A model generated the notes under the pieces. The model was not told where the DNA came from, ran no database searches, and saw nothing but the letters and a program-made list of their open reading frames with translations. A program made the position numbers and the translations under genes. DNA of 64,000 nucleotides. Origin: Lepidodermella squamata. Taxonomy: Eukaryota; Animalia; Gastrotricha. The stretch lies in assembly GCA_047495785.1 (NCBI GenBank), contig JBLDXI010000020.1, positions 2,666,001 through 2,730,000 on the forward strand. The letters run 5' to 3'. Shown here one piece after another: positions 33,910 to 48,300 of the stretch; positions within the stretch are counted from its first letter, which is position 1, and every line of letters begins with the position of its first letter.

Positions 33910-34376
33910 GTCTAATAAATAAGCAACTTAGTTGGATTGGGAATCCAACTAGTTTTTTGCCAATTTGCTCAAAAACCTAGTTTAATATATCGTGATAATT
34001 GATCCAATACCAAAAGTTTGGGTTAAATAGCAGAATATTACGGAATTCACCTAAAATTTTGAGAATCCAACCCTGAAGGAGGTCAGAAGTGGTTTTCTTT
34101 GCTATTCCGTCTCGTTTATTTCGCCGAAATGGCAATGGCTCTACCATAACAAAATTTAATTTTGCAAATTGGAATAGGGAGCAAAACTAGCCAAAAATGC
34201 ATTTCTAACATTGCTTGACGCTATCAATCGAGTTGGTTGTTCAAAATCTAAGCCTCTCCCCAGAGAGGTAATGCTTCGCGCAATAATTGTGTTTAATTGC
34301 CTTGTAAACCAGGTTTTTGAAAGTTTGCTTATTAAACTAGTTGGATTCCCAATCCAACTAAATTGCTTATTAGACT
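33910..34376. mobile_element. MITE-like element with ~70 bp inverted arms, each holding the hairpin TAGTTGGATT-GGG-AATCCAACTA
   Basis: 33910-33984 is an imperfect reverse complement of 34305-34376. Confidence 0.7.
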
Positions 34377-34476
34377 TACATGTATAACTCCGTAAAACTG
34401 GTGGGAAAATCGTAATGCGGCGCCTAATTTCATTCAATCCAATACCCAACCATTATATTTGGTTGCTTAACTGGTT

Positions 34477-34509
34477 TTAGGGTTAGGGTAAGGGTTAGGT
34501 TAGGGTTAG
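34477..34509 (+). repeat. Short interstitial telomere-like (TTAGGG)n tract
   Basis: TTAGGG TTAGGG TAAGGG TTAGG TTAGGG TTAG. Confidence 0.65.
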
Positions 34510-36003
34510 AGGCTGCTGGGTCTTAAAATTGGGGACTTGGAACTGACTGGAATAATTTGGTACAGAATTCAATCATGTTTGGTACTGCATTCAATAATTT
34601 GGTAATGTTCACTGTATCCCAGAACTGATTGTGAGGCGTCAAACGCCAAACTCTGGACGCCTATAAGTTCAACCAACGAATCATTTCGCTGCGCCATTCA
34701 AAATTCAAAGACCGCAGATGTCATTTTAGCCACGGGCGGCATGGATTTAGCAGTTCTAGTTATCAAAAAATCAATTCAATTTTTTTTGCTCGATGTTAGT
34801 TAATACCCATCGAAAGTTTGGTCCCTGCCAGCTTGCCGTATTGTAATCATTTGAAAGGCCGAAGCCGAGCGAGATGAAGAAAGCTTCCTTTTCCACCTTT
34901 CCCTTTACTGCTTCCCTTTCCACGAGTATAAAAGAATGATGATAAAAAAGGCAAACACGGCTTTGAATTTTTGGTTCACTTTTATTTTCTTATTATTTTT
35001 CCAATCGTTGTTGCTTCCGCTCATTTGTTTTAAATGACATGTACAAAATATTCGCAAAAAAGAAACGAGGAGGCGAAAGCTTATACATATATATAATATA
35101 TAATGTTGTAATAGAATAATAATATAGTCGTCGAATCATATCATCATCAATTTACACATGCCAAAGTTGAGTTAGTGACGTAAAACAGTCTTGCAGCGAG
35201 AAGAAGAAGATGAGCGATCAGGGCGCTTTGAGGTAAAACTTTGCATCGAGAAAGATTTCATCAGACTTGATATTTTATAGCATCAAATTCGTGAGGTGCA
35301 ACATTGAGGAAGTTCGGAATCACTAACAAGTATTATTATTATTCATATTTTATACACAAGAAAAATGAGCAAAGAAAAAACGGCTGATCGTCGGCACACG
35401 AAAAACACAACAATCATGATGATGAAATTGACAAGTAAAATTTAGAGTTAAATTTGATCAGAACGAAAATCCTTGGAAGATGTTGCGATTTTTGTTGTTT
35501 TATGAAAGAAAAAACGAATGAAATAAAACAAAGAAAAACCCCGATAGTAATTAATTTTTTGTATCGAACTCACGTATTTTAAATACGGTAAAGAAATAAA
35601 ACCAGCAGTTGTTGAATGTCGAATAAGCCCGCCTTAAAAAACACGCAACGCCCAAAATTTTTGTTTGGAAGATGATACTTTTTTTCCGCAGCTATTTACA
35701 CAACAATTAAGGCGGACATCATGAATGCAGGTATTGCTCGGCGCAGAGATTCACACAATTTCAGTAATTAATTAATTAATACAAGAAAGGACCAGGTTTT
35801 GTGGAGGGCCGAAATACACGTCGATAAAAAGCATTTTTTTCCGCGCAGCGAATCGACGAGGTAATAAAAAATTATTTTTTTCTTGTAATTGTTTCAATAC
35901 ACATAATAATATATATTTGCTTTTCATAATCAATTCTGTGTGTGTGGTCGTGTGAAATTTTTTTTTGTCGAATCAAATTTTTTTACGGGTGATTTTAGGT
36001 GCG

Positions 36004-39000
36004 CTAAAAATGGCTATCAGTGGCGTGGTACGATAACCGCACAGCGGCTGGTTCTGACGAGTCGTGGCCGTTTGAAGGGAGGCCTATCACCGCAGAAGTT
36101 GGCAATCTTAGCGCGGCCATCGCCCGGCGGGGCCACGACCGTGTCCTACCCCGTCCCCCACCTCCGCCGCCTCCGTTGTTCGCCGCCATTTCGTGATGAT
36201 TCATCACCATACCGCCGTTCAACGCACAGCCAATCTCGTCGAGGGTACACGGGCCTAGATCGCCGTTGTGATGGCCGAGATGCCGCTCCCACGACACCTC
36301 CAACTGCCGCTCGTTGTGATGCTCCGACAACTTCATCTCCTTCGCCAACTGCCCGACATTCAACGTCAACGGCGGGATTAGGCTATGCCCGCCCGGGGTC
36401 GGGAAGCCTTCCTCACTGGTCGAAGGGCTCGAGCCAATCGCTGGCGGCCGGTCAAGCGTGCCGTCCAGGTAGAACGAGTAGTCTTTAATCCTATGCCGGC
36501 GGCAGAGAACGAACAGAGCCAGCATGACTAAGCAGCCGATGACGAAAGCCAGGACGCAACCCATCACGATGATATAGACGTAGTCGCCACTTGTCGATTG
36601 GTCCAGGTCGGATTTAGTCGGGTCCATGCTCGAGTTAACAGCGATCGGAATGCCCTGAGCCCTCGCCGCGATTTCGTTGAAATCGTGCCCGGTCGATAGG
36701 CTGAAGGTCGAAGTCGCGGGGAGGATGGTCGTAGTCGTAGTCACTGGCTCAGTCTCCTGGGCCGGGTATTCCGGCTCCGGGGCCGCGACTGGTTTCTCAG
36801 TTTCCGGCTCGGGTGTCGTGGTAGTCGTCGTAGTAGTGCTAGTCGTAGTCGTTGTCACCTCCTCCGTCGTGGTAGACGTGGACGTAGTGGTGGTACTAGT
36901 CGTCGGGGAGGTCCTCGGGGTCTCGGAACAGAACACCCTAACGTCATTATCATGGCCCATGCAGTAAGGTGTCTTATCAGTCGCCCATCCGTTATTGACG
37001 CAGCTAGACAACGACGCAGCCCCCTCGCCGCATTTAACATCAGACAACCAAACCGTCAAATTCGAGGTGTCATCTCTGTGAGCTGAGTCGACCTCAGAAT
37101 TCGCGACACTCCACCCGTAGGCGAATCCTAACTGCCGGCAAACTGCTAGGCTTAGGTGATTCCGCTGATCTACGGTTGCTAGGCCCTTATCGCAAATCGT
37201 GCCCTCAACATCGTCGACGTTGATCACAACCAGCCCAGACCGGGTTAGCCGGACTGAGAACAGCGTCTGGTAGCAGAGAACGTTCAGCATCGAGCAGTTA
37301 TTAGGCCGGCGTTGATACGCGACCGAGCAGTGTTCGATATGGTGCTCGGAGAACAGACACGCAATCGAATCGAGCAGGACCGGGAAGTCGGGTTTCCGCG
37401 GGCCCGGGTAAGCAAACCCGCCCGAGTAGCCCTCCTCCTTACAATACGTCTGAGCAACCGTGAACGAGCCGAAATCGTCCGAGAAGCAAACACCGCCTTG
37501 GACTGTATTATACAACTTCGCCTCAAGTCGGCCGGAGTGAAGATTTTTCGCCGCTGGGATCAACGCGTTACCATCCTGGTCGAAATGGTGTTTATGGACA
37601 TGGTACTGAATCTTCTCCCGAGTTACTGACGACTTGTTGTAGCACATAACCTCGGCGAAATTTTCCTGCCCGCAATTCTGGACTAATTGGACGTTACATT
37701 GCTGGATCGCCCGTTCAGTTCCGGTGCATTGCGTCACGACTACGCCATTCATATTTTCACCCTTCGAGTTCGGGGCGATGGTAGTAGTCGCCGGGCGAGA
37801 GTTACCGCCCAACCCGCAGCACATATCAACGCCGCCGTTGAAGCTGAGTTGCCGGCAAATGACGTCAGCCGCCTTCGGGCCCCAGCCCATTTCCTCAGAA
37901 TTCTCAGAATTCGCTCGAATCGGCGCGCAAATAGTGTGCCAGTTGCCGGTCTGCGGTATGTACATCTCCAACTGGCCGTAGCCCAACTGGGCGCCAGGGC
38001 CAACGAGACGGACAGACGGGTCGCGGCAGACAACGGCCGCGTCCCGGCGCGATGCCGCCGTGCAAGTCGCGTCCAGGCCGAACAACGCGCATTCAGCCAG
38101 GGTGTCTTCATTGCCGGTACACGACAACGAGCCGACGAACTGCGGCACCAACCCAGCCGCGCTTTCCGACGCCGAGAAGTGGGCAGAGTCGGCTAGGAAG
38201 CCGGTCGGGTAGCCCAACTGCCGGCAAATCACATCGGCGGCGTTGGCGTCCAATCCGGTCGCGCATACCGTCGACCAGGTTCGCGAGTCGGCGCTCAGTT
38301 CGACAACGCCCGACGAGAACCCGTTACCGCCCGTCAACCGGATCGACCAGAGCAGACCCGGCGGGAAGCGGATGACCGAGGCGGTGGTTGTCGAGGTCGA
38401 TCCTGGGGTACTTGTAGTCGTCGTGGTTGTAGTAGAACTACTAGTCGTCGAGGTTGATTCCGTTGTTGTAGTAGTCGGGGTGGTAGTCGATGTTGTAGTC
38501 GGCTCGGTAGTGGTAGTCGTTGTCGACTCAGTTGTAGTCGTAGTCGGTACTGTAGTAGTCGTGGTAGTAGTCGATTCCGTAGTCGTCGACGTAGTCTCAG
38601 GCGTCGTGGTCGTGGTCGTTGTAGTCGAGGTCGAAGTCGAATCTTCCGTAGTCGGGCTAGCCGGGGATGAAACAGGCTGCGACGAGAAGGTTGGCTTATC
38701 ATCCGTGAAATCCGACCTATCCTGAGTCCTGCTGCGATGGCTGTCCCTAGCAACCGGTACCGTAGTGCCCTTACTCAAATTCGAGACTGAAACCTCGTCC
38801 GACGTCGACATGGTAGTAGTCGTAGTCGTACTCGAGGTCGATGTAACCTCGAAACACTGAATCGCACCTGGGATGCCGTTGACATTCACCGTTTTGTACG
38901 CAACGACCTGATCAGCGATTTTGATGACACAGGTCGATGAGTCATCACACGTGTAAGTGTCAACCCAAAACATGAAAGGCTGGCCGTTAACCGCCTTCAA

Positions 39001-42000
39001 TCGACTCTGGTCCAGTGTCACGACCTCGCCGGAGTAATTCGGGCCGATATGCTGTTTACACATGCGATTCGCGAGTTCGGGCGTTACCTGGCTAGGCCAT
39101 AGATAAGACCAGACCTTGGGCGTGACTGAGAATTGGATGAGATGGACGTGGCTATTTGAAGATTCGACCGGGCCTAGCAGTTGGAGCTGAGACGAAGCAA
39201 CGACCTCAGACCCCATTTCCGGCACCTCGCCAATCTCGTGGCATAGGACGTACGCCTGGCTACCGGCCGGGCAGCCGCCAATAGCGAAACTACACCGCGA
39301 CTGCTCGGCACTCGTGCAATTCGCCTCAGTCACCCAATACTCAGACCAGTAGTCTTCATGGACCAAAATCGGCAAGCCAACTGATTCGACCGAAGCGCCG
39401 GCCTGGTGGCACAGCGACGAAGCAATCGCCGTTGAACTGGGCGACATACTCGAGGCGCAAAGTGGCAACCACGTACCTGGGCTGCTCAACTGGTCACCGA
39501 CGTAGACGGAAACCGGGCCTAATTTCGCGACATGGCTGTTATCAATCCGATCTGTTAGTTCAAGGTGGACGTATTTGAAGCAGGCAAGCCTCAAATCGCT
39601 GTGGTGTTGCTTGCATGTCGACGAGGTAGCATTCAGCCAGCCTGAGGATGGGCACTCGAAAATCGACGATTCCTTCCCAGTACAACGCGGGTCGGCGAGT
39701 AGCACCGGCCAATCAGCGTGCGGGCCCTTGTGATCGTCATTAGTCGCGCCCATAATGATACCATCGGCGAAGCCCAACTGCCGGCAAACTACCATAGCCT
39801 CCGTTCGGCGGAACCCGGCTGTTGAACAAATCGTTCCGGACACGCCGTCATGAATCAGCTCAACCAACCCGGACCGGCCGGGTATTTTAACTTCGACGGA
39901 ATTTTCGTTTCTAGAGCAAACCAACGCGACTGGTTTGCCGTCGCAAATCGTCGTGATATTACTACGGCAGTCGTCGAGGGTCGCAGCGTCAGCCGAGCAT
40001 GACCAGCCCGAGTACCAGCCGTTGGGTGACACGAATTCATTGTCAACCTCCGGCGAGTAGGAGAAGCCGGTTTTGAATCCGAGTTGGCGACAAGCGAAAA
40101 CCGATAGCGATTCGGTCCAGTTCGATGAACAGGCGAAACCTGATGTCGAAGCAGCGCCACGGGTCAATTTCAGGAAGCCGCTATTTGAAACAGCGCCGTT
40201 TGTCAGCTCAAGCGAGAACGACTCGTATGAACACCTCAACGCAGCAGCTGAGGCGCAAACTGTATCAGAACCGCCTGTTAGCGTCATTTTACACTCAATA
40301 ATCGATTTAGCGGTTTCAGGGCAATCGAAGCTGATCGGCAGGATTTCCGACCCGGTTGGCATATTCGTCGATTGTTCGAACGGTTCGCCCTTATCGAACC
40401 CTAATTGCCGGCAAATTGTGCTAGCGACGTTGGGGTAACTCGAGAAATTCTGCCCGCAGATGAAGCGATGGCGGCCGGCGACGGACAGGCCGATGAGACC
40501 GGCGCGGTCGTCACGGCCATGCATGAGCGCCACGGAGTTTTGACCTGATTCGAGACAGGCAACGGCTAATCTCGAGCAGTTCACAGGTTGACGCGCGAAA
40601 TTGACTGAACAAGCGCTGATTGAGTCGGTTCCGTTCGGGCATGTGACTGATTCGACGAATGAGTCGTACTCAGAGGCTGGGCCGGGCGATGTGGTTGATA
40701 GCGAAATTGCGGTAGAATAACCGAGTTGGTTGCAAACAGCCTTCGAAAGCATGGCGCTAGTGCTAGGTAGATGGCAAACTTCGGTCCAAATTGTGCCAAA
40801 TCGAAGGACTTGGAGGCGACCGACACCGGTGATTGAACCGAACCCAGTCAAGCGGAACGGTAATTCTAAAAATTGAGAAAAAAATACGTTTTATTCCACT
40901 TTCAAAAAAATTTAAAAAAATTCCTCCTTAATAAAAATTTTGATTTTCTTACTCAATTATTTTAATTCTGCGTTATTTTTGTTGTCTTTTTTCGCATTAA
41001 TTTACGTCCATTTTTTGGAATAATCACAAAAATTCCGCGACTGTCATCGTAAAATTACCTTCATCTGGGACTCGTCGCGTCGATAAGCAGACGAGTTCAG
41101 CGCGACGCGGGCACTCGGCGTCGACGATGGCTTCAGAATAGCAGTCAGACATCGAGCGCTCAGTTCCGCTGCACTTCACCTTGACAGTTTCGTTCAGCTT
41201 CGCCGCCATCAGCGGTGCACGCCCGCAACAGAACGCGCGGCCATCAGCGAAGCCTGCCTCGCGACAAGCGACGCGAGCCGACAAGTCGTCCCAGCCGGAC
41301 GCGCATACCGCCCGTGAAACGGCCGCGTTCTGATCGTACAAATCAACAACGCCAGCTATCGGCAGGCCCATGTCCATCGTCGGCGTGATATGCACTGCAA
41401 AAAAAACATCACAAAAAAAATTAATATCACCTCAATTATTATCCGATTATTTTCGTTCCCTATTATCTAGTTTTTCACAGTCTGGCTACGAGTGTTTGGT
41501 AAATAATAAAGAGAAGGACATGCGATCGGCAGCGCATCATCAACGCGGTGCTTTTGAAGTCACCGCTGCGCTTTAATAACAATCAGGGGGCAACTGTTCA
41601 AGTGCGGCGGCGCACAAGGTAAATAACGAACAGCAACGAACAGCTTATCCGCGTCCCGTGAAATAACACACACAACACAGTTATTGTTGTTGAGTATTAT
41701 AGCCGAGAATGACAACGCCTGCAGGGGTCATCGCACGCGGCGACCGGCCGCTAAAATAACACGCCGGCAGGCGTAATAAATTTGTCGCCAACGTCATAAT
41801 TCGGCAGTCGGCAGTCGGCAGCAAATCACCACACCTCGCGCATCAAAATTACGCAATCAACGCAGGTCAAATGCACGCGGCCGGCAACTAATTTAACAAC
41901 GCCACACGTGCACGGCTCTATAACCGAAAACGCAATCAGATATCAAGAACAGCAACAACTGAATCATGCACAAACGTTATGACACACACAAGCAATAAAA

Positions 42001-45000
42001 ACGAACCCCTAAAACGACGTGGTGAAACTTGTGCTGTTCGATGTGAAAAAATCGTGCGCGATTGTGAATGATGAAAAATAATTAAGGAGGAGTTTTTATT
42101 TTGTTTACCTGATGAGCTGTAGCATTCGACAGCAGCATCACCTTGAGACACGCATTCAGTTTTATCGAAATCAAACCGGCATTCCGCTAGACTTGACTCG
42201 CGGCCAGAGCAGCGAACAGTCGGCAGCCAGACAAGGCCGGCAGTGGCTGCGTACGAGCCGTGGTCGAGCGAGCGGCCCCAGCGGAAGCCCATTTGGCGAC
42301 AGGCGACGGACGCAGCCAGGTCGTCGATATTCTCAGGGCAAGTCCGGCCCCACGGCGAGCCAGGGTAGGCCAACTCCAGCCGACCGCGGCTAACACTTCC
42401 GTTGACTAATCGAACGAAAACTAGCAAATCGCCCGTGACAGCCGTTGTTTGAACCTCAGCGGAAGAAGTCGCGCCCATCTCGCCGCTAGTCAGCGACAAA
42501 CCGTAGGCGGGCGTGAAATTTTCCATACTCGCATCCTCCGCAGATTGGCCGCTAAGTGTTCGGAACATATTAGCGCGACGGGTAGTTTTCGGCATCGAAG
42601 CAGTCGTTGTTGTGGTAGTTGTCGTCGTTGAAGTCGTCGAGCTTGACGAGGACGACGAAGACGAAACCGGCCAAGAAATACTCGGTGATTGCGAGAAACT
42701 CGGCGAACTCCACGCCGGCATGCCGTTGATGGTCGACTGGCGTTTTTTGTAGCACGAAAGCGTCAAAGGCGACTGGCTGTTGCAGCCGTTAGTTAACACA
42801 CTTGGCTGAATGCCAAAACCGTCCATCGCGCAGTCGAAAACGGTCGTTTCTCGCCCTGTGCAGTTCAAAGAACGAATCCAAAGCGCTCGCTCTGAGCCAT
42901 GAGTCATCGCCGGGATGACCTCGCCAGTATCGTAGCCCATCGTTGTGCAAATCGCGCGAACAGCCTCGTCCGAAACTGAGTCAGAGCAGAAATAACCGGC
43001 TTGATAACCGACTTGCATGCGAACTGTGCCGCTCGAGCTGTCGATGGCTGGTCCGACGGGTTCGGGCAGGCCTTGTGGTGAATCAAGCCAGATTCTAGCG
43101 CCAGCTCCGTCGTGGAAACACGCGACGGCGGGTAGGAAGCCACGCTCAAAACTCGGACATTTCGGCTCGCTGTTCCAGTTCGTCAACTGGCAATCTGACA
43201 ATTTCTTCTCAGTACCCGAACAACGTAACGAGCTGAGTAAGACTGGGTAACGGAAGCCCTGCGGTTTCGGGTTGCTCATAGTCGATCGAAAAGCTAAACC
43301 GCCAGCGTAGGATAACTGACGACAAGCAACGGTTGCTCCCCTCGAGTCCCATGAATCAGGGCAAATGTAGCCATGCGCCGATTCCCAGTGAGCTAAAATC
43401 AAACCGGAAACTTCGCGGTATTGAGTGACGAATGGGAACGGCACGACGCTGACGTAGGACAGGCTAGAATCCGGGTCGGAATACGTGCACTGAATCGACG
43501 CAGCCTCGCCGCTAGGGCAAGTCGCCTCGCGGTCGAGCAGGCAGTCGGCGAGAACAGTTGCTTCCACCGGGCATTTCGCCATCCACAACCGTTGTTCGGG
43601 TTTTAGGTGTAAAGGACCGTAAGCTGAGCAGCACATAAGTGCCGCGCTTTGAAAGCCAAGTAACCGGCATACAACCTAGAAAATAAGCAATAATTATTAT
43701 CGTTGCGTTTTTAGTGGGTCAACTCTGACGTACATTGGCATCTTTTTGTGTAAATCCATCGGCACAAATGTAGCCGGGTCCAAACCGAGTTTGTACGAGG
43801 ATGGGTCCTTCATTCGGCGCGTATGCTGAGGAGTTGAAGCCGACTAAAAAGCAAAGAAAACAATATTAGAAAGGTTAACATTTTTGTTTTTATCGTCTTT
43901 ATTATCGTGCAGAATAAGGTCAACGACAGTGAGCTTTCTGCAATCGTTTTTTTTCTTCTGCTCGTCAATTTTAAAATGTGTTAAGGAGGATTTTTCACAT
44001 TTTCTTGTTTTTATACCATTTCAGCTTACTGATTTAGTTGTTTTCATTACTCATTGATGTGGTGTAATTATCTTCGTGTCATCATCAACAAAACCAACAG
44101 CAACAACAGTGGCATGAGCGTAACGGATTTCTAGGGCGTTGCGTGTCGGAACGCCAAACACCGACTTTGAGCTGCAGCAGACAACGACGAAGACGACGAA
44201 GGAAAGAAGGTGCGTGAGTCACGACGCGCTTGGTACATTATCATTTTTAATTGCACGCGCACTCTTGACACACGATTCGCATTCAAGCGCGGCGCGACGA
44301 GAAGAAAATTACGATTCATCGCGCTTGCGCGGATTTCATCTCTAGCTAAACAGCAGACACAAAGGCCCGGTTCGTTACAAGGTGAGACAAAGGCGACGTG
44401 CCGGCGATATGAACGGCCGATATGAAGTTTACATTTCACGACTCACGTTTCTCGCTGAGGCGGAAAATGAATTGACGGCGAAGGGCGAAACTGCCACCAG
44501 CAGTAGTCGCGCCCTTTTGAACGCAACTCAGGTCGTAGACAAACAATCCACCTACTTCAGTCTACTACTACTGAAAAGACTACTGCTTATTCAAACTACC
44601 GCGCCCTGATGGACTTCTGGGGTTCACACCGAGTAAACTAATTTAATTTCAAAGATAAGCAGTGTAGTGGTTGAACTGGGGCGCGCAAGTGAACAGTTAG
44701 CCCGCGCCCTCGGTAAACAGCGAAATTTTCAAGAGGTCAGCTGCGGTGGGCGACGTGCAAACACGCGCCTTTTCGAAGCTCAGTCGCGAACTGTTCCCGT
44801 CTCACCACTCAACAAACGCAACCCTGGGCGGCCTGCTAATGCACTGCTAATTAATCAAAACGCTGGACGTTAATGGCGCAGGTTAAAATATGCGCCGGCG
44901 CTAAAAACTCGAGTTGCGAATTCCTCGACAACGACAGCTACATAAACAACAACACAGACAATTTCCGCGTTTTCGCGTTGAAATTAATTATTTTTGAACA

Positions 45001-45324
45001 ACGGCGTAAAAAGAAGTGAAATTCGAGCCGGGTAATAAATAATTATAACAAAAGCGTCGTTCCGGCCGTTTTGTTGCTGCGTTTTATGATGATGACCACA
45101 CGAAGTTGTTAAATAAAAGCTCGTGTTAAAACGGTGTTAAAAATTATCTAAACAAAAACATGTTTTGCAGCAAAAGTTATTGGTGACTCACTTCTTCGAA
45201 GGGCTGATCGCTGCCATTCTTGCCGGGAAGGTTGAACGCCGAGGAGTAAAAGTGAAACGAGGAGACTTAATAAGTGGGCGGCGTATCTTCGCGTGTCGCC
45301 GCGCCACACGCAGTTGCAAGTCAT
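36004..45324 (-). CDS. Large type I membrane scavenger-receptor cysteine-rich (SRCR) protein, ~2335 aa, about 15 SRCR domains, three Thr-rich spacers, TM and cytoplasmic tail
   Basis: Exons 45324-45192 (MTCNCVW...AAHLLSLLVSLLLLGVQPSRQ signal), 43843-43734, 43675-42109, 41394-41059, 40865-36004 sum to 7008 nt with compatible phases. Repeated (V/A)CRQLG(F/Y) and C.G.E..L..C motifs. TM YIIVMGCVLAFVIGCLVMLALFVLC. Confidence 0.9.
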
Positions 45325-48300
45325 TAAAAAAAGTAGGTCGCTCGATCAGTTGAAAACAGCAACAAACCACAGTAAAAGTGTGGCGATAAATAATAAAACA
45401 GCCGCCTTAAAATTTGTGTTTCGGTTAAAATTCTAAACGGAAAAAGTGAAGAAAAAATGTAATTCAATTACAGACCGCATATCATTTTCGAGGGATTAAT
45501 AACGCTTGATAAAGTTTGGCGGTGTAGTTGATGCTTCTTGGTGGTGGTGTAGTTGGAAGATGGCCGTTTCGATTAGCCATTTTGGCTTTTCCGGCGTCAG
45601 GTCGTGCCCGGGCGTTTGAAAGAGCGCATACGCATCCGGATGATGATGATGGCGATGGCCAAAAGTATCAAGAAGACACGCTGATGAAAATAATAGCCAG
45701 GCTCTATGATGTTGTATATGTATTTCTAAAGGCGGAAGGCCTATTATTATTACGTGTAATTATAATGCTAATAACGGCAATAAAACAAGAGGTCACTGCC
45801 AGAATGTTTCGAGCTGCTAAAAGCGAACGAAGAAGAGCGAAGATGAAAATTTATTGTAATTTCCCTGCTGTTCGTTGTCGTAAGAGATACCTTCTCTACG
45901 TAGCTAGATAGATAGGTATAGTTTGTAAATAGGGCCCTCTCAATGCCTCGCATCATCGCTCGACGAACAATGTCTGAGCGCGCGATGTTTGGTGACAAAA
46001 GAGCCCTCTCTCTCTGTTCGCTCGTCGTCGTTCTCGTCGTTCGTCTTTAGTCCAATTTCTTGTGACCCGCGCTCGCAGGTGAGCAGAGTGCGAGCGCGCG
46101 CATCGGCACCCAGCCGAGCGCGAGAGGCCCCTCAACTACTAGCAAAACCCTAAACAACAACAAATAACACACAATAGCGCGTTACGCCATAGCATGCCAG
46201 TTACGCCAGCCGAGTTAGAACTCTACCATGCTGCGAGCGCATGGGTATGGGTACTATGGTAATCTCTGGAAAAATGGATAAAAATGCAAAGCGCGCGCGT
46301 TTTCAAAAGGGTTCAACAGGTAACGCCGCTGCTGCATGTTTCGGTCCAAGAAAGCGAACGTACGTATATAGCTGCAGCGCATCCCCACGAGAGAAGTATC
46401 ACGTTGTGACGCAACGCCTGAGCGCGGCGTAATAAAATTCGAAAAGCTACTACCTGAGGCCGGACATAATGGCCGTAAAAGTTCGTAACGCTGTACGATG
46501 AAAATGAATTATGAACGACCCCGCCAAGCAGCTCAACACAAGCAGCAGCCATATGACGACGTTCGTTCTCGCAAAAGGTCGGCAACAGCTTAGAACAGTT
46601 TAATCTACTGATGACGCACAGCGTATTAAGGTGGCGCTCCTTACCTCAACTACAAGTAGCCGAGTGCGACTATAGCCGGAAGGAAAACGTATTAGTAGTG
46701 AGGTTTGACCTAATGCGCGCTAAGCAAAATTATTGTGGTAGTAAAGCTTAATTGCTAGGCTATCTTTTTCGGGGCCACGCGACTCTAACCGCCAGTGACC
46801 CGGCTGAATTCAGTGGCGAATTAACTGCGGCAAAATGTTGTCAACTCACGACGGGCGTGGTGTCTAGGCGGCGAGTTCGAGGCGCGGGTAATGCGTCGCA
46901 CGGGGCCATTTCTACGTCAAACTCTACTATACTGTACTATACGCCAATCAGGTGTTGGTCATTTCTTGGTGCAGTGCGCCCGGGCGCGGTAGAAATTACC
47001 TATACGACAGCCGCGCGCGTCTGGCCTGGCGTGATGTGCGCGCATTAAATTAAATTAGCCATTATTCAAGTAGGCAGCGCTGAGACATTTTGCTGGCAAA
47101 ATATTTTTATTTAGCACGGCGCGGGTGTTACAACAACAACATTGTTAAATCGTGTCACTTTCTCCCGAGCCAACGAATCTCTCATAATAAATTTATATTT
47201 AAAATGCACACGAGTCGCGTCCTGTCAAGAGCGGCTCGCATTTCAAGGTGTGTATTTAACATTTAAAATTCCAAGCGCTCCCTATAAACAGAGTAAATTA
47301 AATTATGAATGAGAGAAATTGAAACGCGCACCAAGTTGATGCGTACCATGTCCCACGAAATGATAACAATAATAAGTAGTAGTTGGCCAGTTATTTGTAA
47401 CGGCGATGATTGAAAAGAAGCAGAAGCAGAAGAAGACACCAGACAAATAACATAGTGTCTATGTAGCTGTAGTAGTAGGGTGTGAAAAAGAGTCGCGGCG
47501 GTGTTCGGAACCGCAGCTGAATAACGTCGCTATTCGGTAATAATGCGGACAACAATGGAACCGGGCGCGTCGTTCGGAAAAACAAGCTGCGAGACAACGT
47601 GTCATTTTGTTACTAATTAAGTAACAGCTTGGGTGACGGGCGATCGACTGCTGCCGTGAGACAATGACACGAGTCGGCAAAAGGTGCTTTCAAGGCCACT
47701 TTTTCACGCTTTTTCGGCGACCGAGTTAATACTAATAAACATAGTAAGCAGCAGCAGCAGCAGCAGAGGCAAGGGGCGCGGTTATCAGGGGGCGACGCGG
47801 AACTGTGCCACCGTTTTTGCCTACGAACCGTTTAAAGGTGTATTACTACGGCACTGCTGGCATGAAGATGATGAAGAAGGAGCGGCCCTCCAACATTTAC
47901 CCAAGGCAAGACACAAGAATTATAGCTGTTTGTCGATGGTCAGCAGCAGCAGTAGTAGTAGTATGAAGGATTGCGCGTATGGCCCCCCTTTGCAGGGTAA
48001 TCATAGGTAGATAAACTTTGGCTAGGCGCAGTTGAGAACAGCTCATTTCCTCCTTCCCGTCACCGCGCATTGTTTGCGATGCCGGCCGGCCAACAAGAAT
48101 TCATTGTGAATCGTCGTTGTTCGCATACAAAAGATGATCATCGCCGGCATTTTTGCTTGGCCCGGGTGCGTTTACTCGACGGGGACGGGCCACCCGAAAA
48201 CGCCGGTCGTGACGTGACGCGCGTTTACTCAGCGAATAACAATGTCATCATCGCCATGTTTTAGCCTCTCATCGATGAGCAGAAGCAGCCCGCCGTTGAT

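Noticed and set aside
36677-38753. Val-rich and Arg-rich ORFs such as 38243-38725 (+) and 36677-36967 (+)
   Set aside because: Antisense or alternate-frame shadows of the Thr-rich SRCR stalks.
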